Shown here in pieces: positions 53,320 to 64,000 of a stretch of 64,000 bases of DNA. The DNA lies in assembly GCA_977030845.1 (NCBI GenBank), contig OZ365112.1, forward strand, positions 14,260,001-14,324,000, given 5' to 3'. The translations under genes were made by a program, and so were the position numbers. Below the pieces are notes generated by a model. It had not been told where the DNA came from, searched no databases, and saw only the letters and a list, made by a program, of their open reading frames with translations. This stretch comes from Fimbriosthenelais zetlandica. Lineage: Eukaryota. Positions within the stretch are counted from its first letter, which is position 1. The number at the start of each line of letters is the position of its first letter.

Positions 53320-55260
53320 TCCTTAGATTATGATAATGCGGCGTTGTAACCGTGCCGAGGGAAGGGTCAACTTTATAAACAGGTGATCATTTTTGCGCGG
53401 AGTCTGTTTGGAGACAGGCAGAGAGAAGAGAACGCGCGAAAATCTCGCATGGCGACACCCAGCCCTCCCCCAACACCCTGACCATTTCTCCAGGGAGATT
53501 AGAAATGAACAATGGCTGTACATTTCAATCAAGTTAGCCCACTTCTCTGATTAGGCCTGTCGTATTTTACAGGTTACTTATAATGAGAATTCGCCACCGT
53601 CCTGCTCGTTTATTTTCACCCTCTCTTCTTGCCCTGTCAGCGCTGGTCATGAAAACTTTACATGCTTTAATTCACATGTTAACAGGCAACATGAAAGGTG
53701 GAAATGATGATGAATCCACTCACGCTAAGCTCCAAATAACACCTAGTAAACAGGCCTAGATATAAACAGGCAATGATCAAGTCATTTCCCGTATAAAATA
53801 ATATAAATTCCTATGTTATTCCGTCCTGAAACATGACCTAACGTTCCGATGGGACAATTCCAATTTTCTGGTGATTACAATTTGAAAGAAGATGTTTTCC
53901 TTTTAAGATACACACGTGTTGTTTTGGTTGTGTTTTGGGGGTGCCTGTAGTGGATTTAGTATGGTTATAAAGCCATATAGGAGCCGTATATAAAGCGTGT
54001 GTGGTCCGCTGCCTCTATCGTTCCGACGTATTGTTATGGCCCTTATAAACCCGCGACCAGGGACAAAATCTCCTGTCCGCCCCTCCGTCAATGCCGAGCA
54101 TTACCCCATTTTACAAGAGCACTCCAGCAGAATGATACGAATTATTACAAAACTCTGCCTCACTGGAAATAATCGCCAACATTCATTTCGTTGCTCTGGA
54201 GACGCGTGCCGCAAAAGGCGCGCTTCCAAAAGTCGCCTGATATATATAAGAGGCGCCATGTTGGATTTTCCTTTCTTAGACACCAGACGAGAGAACGGTG
54301 GTAGTATTTTGAAAATTGTATCCAATTGGTAGGTACAGATGAGAGAATCACATTAGGTCCCGGTGGTCACATACATTTGGCACATATCCTGGAAAAAATA
54401 CATGACAATAATTTAAAAAATAGGGAAATATCCCTGAATAATTGTCAACTTCTTACCTTTTCCGTGGGGAGACGAGGTACTTTTGTGGAATGGCGCCACT
54501 CCTTGGACAACGGTCTTGGTTTGGCCCCCGACCGGGGGGCTATTTTTAGCATTTATTGGACCCCTTATATGGGGATTTTATGATTTTTCCGCTCATTGGT
54601 CGCGAGATGGTAGGAAGTAGAGAGGAAGAGGGTCGACAACCCGTTAATCGGTCATAAATCTGTCAAAACTCGCAAATGACTTTATTTTTCTTGTCGGCGA
54701 GAAAGTGTGAAAGTGTAATGTGATATTTATCACATACTAATCTGTAAGAACAACTTGTGAAGAGATAATGTGAGGTATTCTAAATTACAAGAAAATATCC
54801 ACATTTTAGTGCCAAACATTTAAATTGGTGCATCCTTTTATTTAACCAATATAGGCCCACCAATATGCATATTATTTTCAAAAAGGATTTTCAAACGTTG
54901 TATTTATTGAAAAACAATTTTCTCTTCTTTCTAATTGATTATAATAACTCAGTTGGGACAACAATGTAGACTACAACATGCATAAGAAATACACAAAAAC
55001 AAAATGTACAATTCCTAAATGTACAATTCCTAAATGTCTAAATTTGCACCAGTAAATAGGGTCCGCGCCTAATATAAGAGAGTGACAATATGGAGCCGTT
55101 CCGAGCCGTGAGGAGGCGAGGGGAAAATATGAGAATGAGAGAGAGATTTATGGCCGTGAATTACGGCGGAATGGCTCCCTCTCCCAACCACCACTTTGAT
55201 GTGGAGCTAATAGAGATTCACTTAGCGCCTTCCATATGAATTTTTGTTGTGCTTTTGGTG
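53320..55260. promoter_or_regulatory. Cluster of CpG-rich regulatory blocks
   Basis: About 60 CpG in 53,301-54,700 by manual count. TATATAAAG (~53986), ATTGG+TCGCGAGA at 54595-54607, TGACAGATTTATGAC (- strand, 54651-54665) and GATTTATGGCC (~55145). Confidence 0.45.
55002..55037. repeat. 15-bp tandem duplication
   Basis: AAATGTACAATTCCT x2 plus AAATGT. Confidence 0.9.
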
Positions 55261-58200
55261 CTAGACTGTTTATGATTTATTTGCTAAAGAGGCAATATGA
55301 ACAGGAGATCTGTTCAGATATAGACTTAATTCATGAAAAGCACAATACTGATGCCTTTTTATTCTAATTATTTCCCTTTTACTTTACGCCCTAAGAGGTC
55401 TTTTTTCCTTCTATTTCTCTTTATATTTTAATACTTTTAATATAATTTCTTGTTCTCGTAATTCGCCTGTATGCTTCCGCAATCACTCTGTCCTGTTCCA
55501 AAGCTATTATCCATATTTTAACCAGAGTAAATAATGTTCATATCTGACTTAATTTTCGATCTGTCTTACCTATACCTATCTCACACACCCATGAATGATA
55601 TAGTAAAACGACGCAATAATTCACATTTAATATTTTGAAAGTCTGACTATTCACAATCCAATGGAGAATGAGATGAAATAGCAGGAGATTCACTCGCATT
55701 AATTTGTTCCTTAATAGGAAGATTTACTCAACTAATTGACCCATATTTTTCCTCTTAAAGGAGCGTATAAATCTAGATATCTTTTATCTAATTAGGAGCA
55801 TTTGATTGTCGTTACATAATGATAAAAATCAGTATTTGTATTGGCGTAGTTGTAGCGGGAGCGTCCCGGGACGGAGCCGGCATGAGTGATGGCTTCTCGG
55901 TGCTGACGGGGGAGGAGGAGAGAGAGGTGGTCTAGAGTAGGGGAGAGGGGTGTGTGCCCCTATTACTCCCCGGGATCTAAGCCTCCCTCTCCCGTATACC
56001 CTTATACTCGCCCCGCCCTCCATACCCCCCGCCGGCCCACGTCCTCTTAATAATTGTCCAATCGCAAAATCCGATATTAAACAGAATGTGAATTTGAAAT
56101 TCATAAAATATTCAGCTCTAAATAGAAAGTGGAAATATATTAATGATAAATGGTATATTTGAATTGTTCTTTTGCGCCATAACATTTTTCGATCAAAATA
56201 ATTTAGATAAAAAAAATAAGATTTTCGCTCCATTTTCTGTACAGACCAACTGGTTGTTTTGTCCGTAATATGTGTCATAAATTGGCGTGAATTATCAACC
56301 ATCCATCAGCCTGTCACCAGTATCGATGTACACTACCTCATTGTCATCGACCATCAGTTACACTCTTCCTCTTATGATACATACCTCCCAGCATCGCCCC
56401 CAGCTCCTTTTCTCAAAAAAATGCTTTGATTTACGGAAAAAGTGGTATTTTTAACACTATTTTGACAATGTTTCATAACCTGAACCTCTGCCCCTTTGAC
56501 CTCTTGTCCCGCTATCTGTCTTTTATTCAGTTCATGTGGGATTTTAACAGTTCATTATTTTGCCATGATCCCTTCATTTTATAACCCTAGTTTGGACGCA
56601 GAAATTTAAAAAAGAACTGATCTAGGATCACTGACCCAAATCGACTGTTTTCTATCATAATTTCATTCACCAAACTTGCTTTTACCCTTGATTGAAAATC
56701 ATCACATACACGTATGTATGCGGAAAAGTAAATCAAAATCACTGTGGGAACATATCGTGCGTCTAGTTGGCTTGGAAAGGTGATGTACTTTTAAGGATGA
56801 GCGCCATGGAAGCCCCCCGGTTAGGGGTCAGCTCACACCTCTGTCCATTTCACCCCGACACCTTTTTAGCTTGACTATAGGTGAGGGGCTGCCTACCGAC
56901 TTGTGATGGCGCTTAGACACGAACTAATACCATCAGGTGCATCCCTCTCACTTTGATCTCCCTGATAAGCTTTCCATGTATGTGGGCCTTGGATCACGAT
57001 AATATGAACGGATCAAATGGCACTGATTTTTACACAAGCTCTCCTCTTCTCCCCCTTTCTCCCCCATTCTCTCTTTCTCTCCCTCTCTCTATTTCTCTCT
57101 CTTTCTCTCTCAAAGCTTTCAGACTAATATTCCGGTTTGTGTTATTGTGGTAGCCTCACATCCTGCTGTAGATATCCTTACTCTTTGATCCCCTCGGAGT
57201 GAATATAAAGTTTCACCCTTTCTTCCACATTTCAAGAATTTCATTTTGGATGTGAGGCATCTTTTCAATTTTTATCCCTAACCTCGATCATTTTTGCAGC
57301 TTTTTCAAAGACATATTTTCTCGTTTGGTTCAATTTGAATTTGGACTTTTTTCGTTGGTAATCTGAAGGTTTCTTTTTGTGTTTTCTCAACTGAACCTCT
57401 CCTGTCTATTCTGATTTATACCACGACTAGGTTCACACACCAGTGCTGCCTGTCTCCCTCCTCAACTTGTGTCCGCCATTTTGGATCGAAACCGAACAGA
57501 CAGATTTCCACAAGTCCATCGAATTAACACTAGAGAAAGTCCTGTTTTTTCACATCTTTGATCAAATTCAACAAAAATGTTGAACTATCTCGCGATTCTG
57601 TGAAATATTTGATGAAAAGGGCGACTTTTGAACGGAAGTCTGAACCTCGTCTGCCGAGTGTATCTTTGGCGCGCTTTTCATGATTTCAGCGCACGTCGCC
57701 ATTTGCATAAGGAGTCAATACAATGAATGTGGGGGTTGCGCCTTCCCCTCCTCCATCCAAGTCCCTGTCCTAACCATTGATATATTTCTTTATGTTCCAA
57801 GATACTTGATTTTCTCCCATTTCAAAGGCGTCTATCAAGCAGGATTCGGAGAGGTTGTAACGTCGGCCATTGATACCTGTTCATTTGACTGGGGCCACTG
57901 TGGTGGGTGGCGGCAGTGGAGTTTTTCCTCCCCATGTAACAATATAGAAGCTGTAGTGAAAGAATACCAAATGAATTGACAAACAGCAGAGTTTGTGAAG
58001 GGTATTCATCGGCTAGTTGGCTTGCTGCAATGGCCCGAGTTTGAACCCCCTGAATGTTTCAGAGGTCCCCGATTCATTGCATTAGAAATCCCAGAGTCTC
58101 CTCTCACGGGCACTCCCTCCTCACCCCGACAAGCACCGATACATTATGCCGTGCCGTCCCTAAACGTGTTGCCAAATTTGCAATTTAGCCACTAGTCATG

Positions 58201-60779
58201 AAAGTATAAGCACTGGTGGGGAATCCTTTATGTCCTCCATTCCAGAGCTTTTCCCTTGATGTCAAAAAGTAATTTGCTGCCGCTGTCGCCTTCTTCTCCC
58301 CACCTCCCCCCATTGCGGGCCTCCACCTCCCATTTCACCTCCCTTCTCTCTCAGTCACAACAAATAAACTCCATCCCCTTTCACAACGCCACAAAACACC
58401 CTCTATTTCACTGTGAATATCTGCATTTAAAACAAGAGGAGGTCCTGAGAATTTTCTACAAATGGATTTCGATTTTGTACGTGTGGAGTGCAGTAAAAGC
58501 CATATGTATATCCTCTCTTTCTCTGCATTCCGCCACTGATCCACTTCTCACATACAAACTACCGTCCGTCGCGGTAATGGCGTATGAGAGTAGAGAACTG
58601 GGTGAATTATCGCTCCATACATAAATCAGAGATCCCCAGGGACGTGCCAGGAAGCTACATATGTGTGGCTACATTATTTAGGACACTTGTGGAAGTGTAA
58701 AATGGGAAACTGAGGAAGCGAATCATTGACGGCCACAATCCATGATGTATGCACTCCCCCGACCCACTGTCTCATAACAACCATTTGTTTTATCCCGGCT
58801 AAAATGGAAAAATTGAAAGCGAAATGATTGCATATCGTTTGGAGAAGGTTGCTGGTCTGCCTGATTATTCGATGGAAACTTCTCGTTCGTTTCTCGAGTC
58901 CTTCACATTTTATGGCACATCACAAAGCATTTCATAAACCGGTCCTTCATTGATTTCATAATTATTATACATCTAAGTTTCATTCTAATTTTTCCGCACA
59001 TTTCCTGCTCATTGATATAGTAAGTGGTTAGAGTATAAACTCGGGAGGTCAGTCTTGGTTTATTACCCCGTTTATGACAGCTATTTTCTAATGACTTTTT
59101 AATGGCAACGTATAAAATTTATGACGAGTCTAATATCTTACCGCTTAACTTACATCTAACACCAAAATAAATCAACCTTTGCCCAAAACATCTAAGACGA
59201 CTATAAATCTAGATTTTTGTTTTTGTTTCATTGCCGGGAGGCACGAGGAAGACTCAAGAAATTGGTTTCAATTTCCTACACAATTATTTCATCTACTTGC
59301 CAACATTTTTTGTTCTGTCACTGTGAACATGCGTGTAATGGGTCACTTTTGTTCTTGCCGATTCAAATGTGATGAAGAGAAAAAAACAGTATAAATCACC
59401 GTGTATCGGTGTGGTCTCTATTTACTGAGTTTGTCCTATTTGTATGCCTCTCGTTCGGCGTGTATGTAGGTATGATTTCTTCACGGGACAGTGTCTGTAC
59501 ATATGCTGTTTTATAAGGAAAATTAATGGTTGTTTTATATGTTGTTACCAGTGGCCCACTGACCCAGTCACTCTATACATAGTATACCAGTCATTCCGCT
59601 ATCTGTTTTCCATGTCTACATAAACAATAGTGTGTAGAATGTCAGGCCATGACCATGACTAATGTGAATATGCTATAAATAGAGACTATTTATCATCCTG
59701 CTTATTTATTGCAATGTGTTTGTGGTTTTATGCTATTATTTTGACAAATCTGGTGAAGTCTGGAATGCTGCTCCCGTCTGGATATTTCTGCCCTACTTTT
59801 GGACATTGTTGCTATTGCAAATTCATAACATATTGATTCCAAATACATGTAATAGATAATGTTAATTTTGATTTATATAATAACATCTGTTTCTCTCCTT
59901 TTCATATTATTTTCTTTTCTGGAAAAGGGTAAAGTATTTTATAATAGGTCTTAAATGATTATTGGTGACTGGCTGAAATTTTATGATGACTAAGTGAATT
60001 TTTGAATTGGAATGAGCTTAATAAACAGATCTTGTTCTGAGAGAAATAAGGTCGCTCTGATAGGATCGAAGACGGGCGGATGAAAGGCGCCAATAAAAAA
60101 GAGGCTCTGTATTGGAATTCTTAAAGTCCCCAGACAGCAAGTCAATTTTCTCCATTCTAAGGACGTGTTCCTTTTCTTATGAATACTCGGTGGATTAGGA
60201 GCAGAAGGGGCTTGATTTCTCCAAGGAAACGGGTCTATTGTCAGCTTCCAGCACGGTGAAAGAACAGGGAAATCCAATAATATTGAGGATGTAGATTTCA
60301 TGCATTCCAAGCGGTGGAAAGTGAGGCGAGAGGGGGAGATGTGTGTCTGTTGTGAGTGTGACAGTTGGGCAGACAGAGAAAAGAGGCCTGTCACTCTTTT
60401 CTCTTCTCCTCCTGCGCTTCACATTGACAGGAAATGGACAGCGCAGGCAAAATGTCGGCTGCTCTTTTCAGAAGGGCCGCGCCTGCGTTGTCGGGACGCA
60501 GGAAATGTTCTGACATTTGGGAAGGACGACCTGGGTGAAATTGTTAACCCCCGACCATCCTCTCCCTGCCACTATCCCCGCTCTATTGTGTGAAAAAAAT
60601 GTGACGCGCAGAGGATGCGGCATCCTGTATTTTTAATTATAGAAATGAAAATATTCTGGCTCTTTTAATTGTGCTTTCAGCCATTGTTAGACTAGTGGTT
60701 TCTTTACTTTATGTTTGCTATCTCCAGTCATATAATTCATTGCCTTTCTGCTTTCCTTCCCTTCTCCTCTTCCCTTGCT

Positions 60780-60798
60780 CCCCCCCCCCCCCCCCCCC
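60780..60798. repeat. Poly-C run (19 nt)
   Basis: Read directly from the sequence. Confidence 0.9.
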
Positions 60799-60856
60799 AC
60801 CCATCCCTTCATCTTTTTCAGCCTTCTTCGTTCTCATTTATAAACATCATACTCAC

Positions 60857-60870
60857 GTCACTATGGCAAC
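60857..60870. promoter_or_regulatory. RFX X-box
   Basis: GTCACTATGGCAAC fits GTNRCN-N2-RGYAAC. Confidence 0.45.
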
Positions 60871-61415
60871 CCAGTAATGCCAGAAATATTCAACCTTTCC
60901 ATACACATATAAATCACCAAACTTTTCACCAGTATTTTGTTTCATGGGAGAACAGGATTCTCTTTGCTATATGAAGGAAGGCGTCTTGTGGTGTGCTCCT
61001 CGCCCGGTGATCCTGAAAATTGGACGTCTGGATTTCTCAGCTAGAAATTCAGTTATTTCGAAGAGCGTCCATTAGGTTCGCCTCAACGAAAATACCTGAG
61101 ATGTAAGAGTTGGGTATTTTTTGTCTATTTTGTGGATGGGAGGTGCTGGGTTTAGCTTTGGTAACTTGGTACTTGAGAAACAGTGGCGTTTGCTATATTT
61201 ATTGAGGATGTCTGGCCTATATTAGTTCTTCTGATGACAGACATATCCTAATAGCCATGAAAGATAAGGTTCTTGAATGTCATGACCAGATTCCCTTCTC
61301 TCTCTCTTCTCCGTCCTTTTACCCTTTCTGTTATATCATTCGTTCCTCGAGGAGTCTCTATACTCCCTTCTCTTCCCGCCTACTTCTTCCTTCTTTCTAT
61401 CCATCCCTCCTTCTT

Positions 61416-61489
61416 TTCATCCCTGTCGCTCCTTCTCTTCATCCCTGTCGCTCCTCCTCTTCATCCCTGTCGCTCCTTCTCTTCATCCC
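61416..61489. repeat. 22-bp pyrimidine-rich minisatellite, ~3.4 copies
   Basis: Unit TTCATCCCTGTCGCTCCTYCTC starting at 61416, 61438 and 61460, with a partial copy at 61482. Confidence 0.9.
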
Positions 61490-62319
61490 CCTTCCCCCTG
61501 ACACGCCGCCCAGTCAGACGTACATGATATCCATATGCAAAGGACAAGGCATGGTGCGGGACGCTGCCGTCAAGATAGCGTCCCCCTCCCCCGTCCCTGA
61601 TCCGGCTTAATTCCGCCACCCTTCAAGTCCCCTCCTCTTAAGCCGGACACGTCCTATCTTAGCAACCACCCTTGTGACAGAGGTCACTAGGAGAAACAGA
61701 CAAGCTAGGTGATGTTCATTTCATGCTGTCCATTCCACTGTATCTCTGCGCGGGAAGGGAGATATCCCTCCTAATACCGCCGACTTGTCGGCTCGCGCCT
61801 TGAGAAAATTACCTCCGCCAGAGATGCTGGAATTACGGTATCATCACAGCTCACCCAGGCAACCAACAAAGCCCACCTATTAATTGTCAGCGTGCCGCTT
61901 AGACAATTTTTCCTCCCTATTTAATATTTAGTTGCCACAGACTGCGGTCATTTTATGATTTCATTGACTTCAAACACTTCATGGTCCTAAAATATGAATT
62001 TACTGGATATATGACCGAAAATTGTTCAATCCAAAAAAAAGAATGACCTTCTTGCAAAATTTGCAGTATAAATTACCACCAATATAAATTACCAATATGA
62101 ATTACGAGATTACGCGCAATATATTAATATATCCTGGGTCTACAGTTCTATGCTAAAATACCGGACCTATTTTGGACGCGATCTCGATATAAACGAATCC
62201 AAAATTGCAAAAATAGGAAGTATCTAGAAAGGATTCTTATGTTCTTTTTGGTTAAGTCAGATTTGGTGTTTTATAGAGTAAAGTATAGGTACATGCCATT
62301 CTCTATGGTTTTATCGACC

Positions 62320-62650
62320 ACAGGCCGCAGCGAGGGGTTTAGGCGGGAAGATTTGGCGCGAGTCGCGGGAGCAGTGATATGGAAGAGATAAATGTTGTCT
62401 GGCATGGAGGCCGAGTGTATTGTTATAAATCATAAGATAACCATAATCGTATTGACTCTCCCGACTGGCACTTGAATAACGACCAAGACTTACTCCCATC
62501 CCCAGTCTCGCGGCCAAAAATTGATATTTCAATGTGGACGAAAAAAAATGTGGTCAAATATCGATCGGCGCGAGACTTTGTGAGGAATGACGCGCTTCTC
62601 TGGGATTTATCGTCTGCTGAAGATATATTTACCAGTCCGAAGGCCACGGA
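62320..62650. promoter_or_regulatory. CpG-rich block with E2F-type motifs
   Basis: GGCGGGAA at 62342-62349, TTTGGCGCG at 62352-62360, and further TCTCGCG/GGCGCGAGA motifs at ~62505 and ~62565. Confidence 0.35.
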
Positions 62651-64000
62651 TTACACTCTTATAGTCATTCTATCCCCTCCTTCCCCCCACTAAATATAAA
62701 TTTTTAAGGTGGTTGTTATTTCTATCGCCTCTCCGTCTCAGGGAGATGATGCAGCTGGCATCCTTTAGGCGTAATATTATTAGATGCTCCCCGTGGAAAA
62801 TTATTATTCGATATTTGAACATATCGACGGGATATCTAAATAATGGATGATGTATAACTCATGACATCTAAAATATCTTGAAAATTATTTAAAATATTTT
62901 CATATATTCTTAAAATATTTGTCCAGATTTTGTTAGTATTACTGTTTGGGAATTCACTCGGATTTAAATGGTTTTATTGAAGGTGACGCAAAACAATTTA
63001 ATGAAAGTGTAGTCTGGTGTTGTTGTTCGTTCAGGAAGGTGTTTTCTATTTACATTCCGATATACACTGTCCTACTTTCTGTACTTTATTACCGTTTGAC
63101 CCTATGCTTTTTCTGGGGCACCCACACCCAGCCACTGCTCTCAGTTAAAATTATGACCCCTCTCCCATCATTATAACGATCTAGACGACCTATTTTAGAA
63201 GCATCAGTCCAGACTCAGACATTAGAATATGACCTCTATTGAGTTAGACTGGTGCAAATCATCCCATAAATAAAGTTAATGTGTTAGCCCTGGGTGTTCC
63301 CCATTATAACTCTTCAACTGTCGGCTGTAGTGCCCCTCGCCTCTTCCGCCCTGATTTACCCCCTCCCCGACTCCCCTCCGTCCTATCCCCGTCTACGTCT
63401 GGGCCTTCCTACCGGGCTCCCCTTACTACTGAACCCTTATCCCCAGGGCGTCGCAACCCCAAATTCTACCTTAATACATGTATATAAAACATCTTAAACT
63501 ACATTATCACTGTATATTTGTGGATGTATGGGTGGTATATGGGATTGTATATGAATGTGTAGGGGTCTGGGATGAGGTTGTGTTTGTCGGTACGGTCTCC
63601 TGGATTGGGGGTGAACGTGATGAGCTGACATAAATCTTGTGATAATGGTTATGGGTCTGGTACTTTGTAGCTCCCGCCCCTTTCCTACCCCTATAAAGAG
63701 ATCATCTCCATACCAGCCCACTTCTGCCTGTGACTGACTGTCTGTATACATGTATATGACTATGACTCCATCACACCTCCAGGCAAGTCCATCCACTCAT
63801 TCTAACAAGTTTTTATTACTAATTTGTGGATTGTTGCCACCGGATTAAAATTAAATTTTATTGATTGAAATTAAATTGATCCAATGAGAATGTCGGCGTG
63901 TTTCACATGGACGATTCCTTATTTGATTATTCATTTAAATATGAATTCATTTGGAAATTAACTTTAATGAAGGGAATTTAGATTATGTTCTATTTTTAAA

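Noticed and set aside
57870-57930. CSFDWGHCGGWRQ resembles the N-terminus of a MAM domain
   Set aside because: The downstream sequence lacks the MAM W/TGP/DHT motifs and there are no flanking splice signals; treated as chance.
1-64000. Hox cluster or other homeobox gene, suggested by the many HOX/PBX/MEIS sites
   Set aside because: No homeodomain (WFQNRR, ELEKEF), no YPWM hexapeptide in a credible exon, and no miR-10 sequence seen on either strand.
38540-64000. Intronic C/D snoRNAs expected if the 38.5 kb element is a 5'TOP snoRNA-host promoter
   Set aside because: The RTGATGA boxes checked by eye lacked a properly spaced CTGA and terminal stem. H/ACA types cannot be excluded without software.

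Overview
This is a eukaryotic (metazoan), AT-rich and almost entirely non-coding window. None of the supplied ORFs gives a protein family I can recognise, and I found no homeobox, rRNA, tRNA, known miRNA, CRISPR array or intact transposase. The best-supported structure is the 5' end of a + strand spliced gene. It has an ETS/bZIP promoter at ~7.45 kb, a first exon ending at 7564 (AAG|GTATGT) and a textbook 60-nt exon at 10804-10863 (branch point, polypyrimidine tract, TAG, then ATGATG|GTGAGT) that probably supplies only the start codon(s). No convincing next coding exon is visible in the remaining ~53 kb. That interval is a mosaic of CpG-poor DNA, simple purine/pyrimidine tracts, probable decayed MITEs and many 200-500 bp CpG-retaining blocks packed with developmental TF motifs (PBX-HOX, PBX-PREP/MEIS, MEIS-HOX, RFX X-box, nuclear-receptor DR4, E2F, POU). 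It also holds a second housekeeping-type promoter at ~38.5 kb. Overall it resembles a 'bystander gene' with an enhancer-filled giant intron, i.e. a genomic regulatory block, in an invertebrate with mosaic methylation; that reading and the taxon are inference. I found no evidence of a novel protein-coding system. All motif calls are by eye and short motifs occur by chance at appreciable rates.
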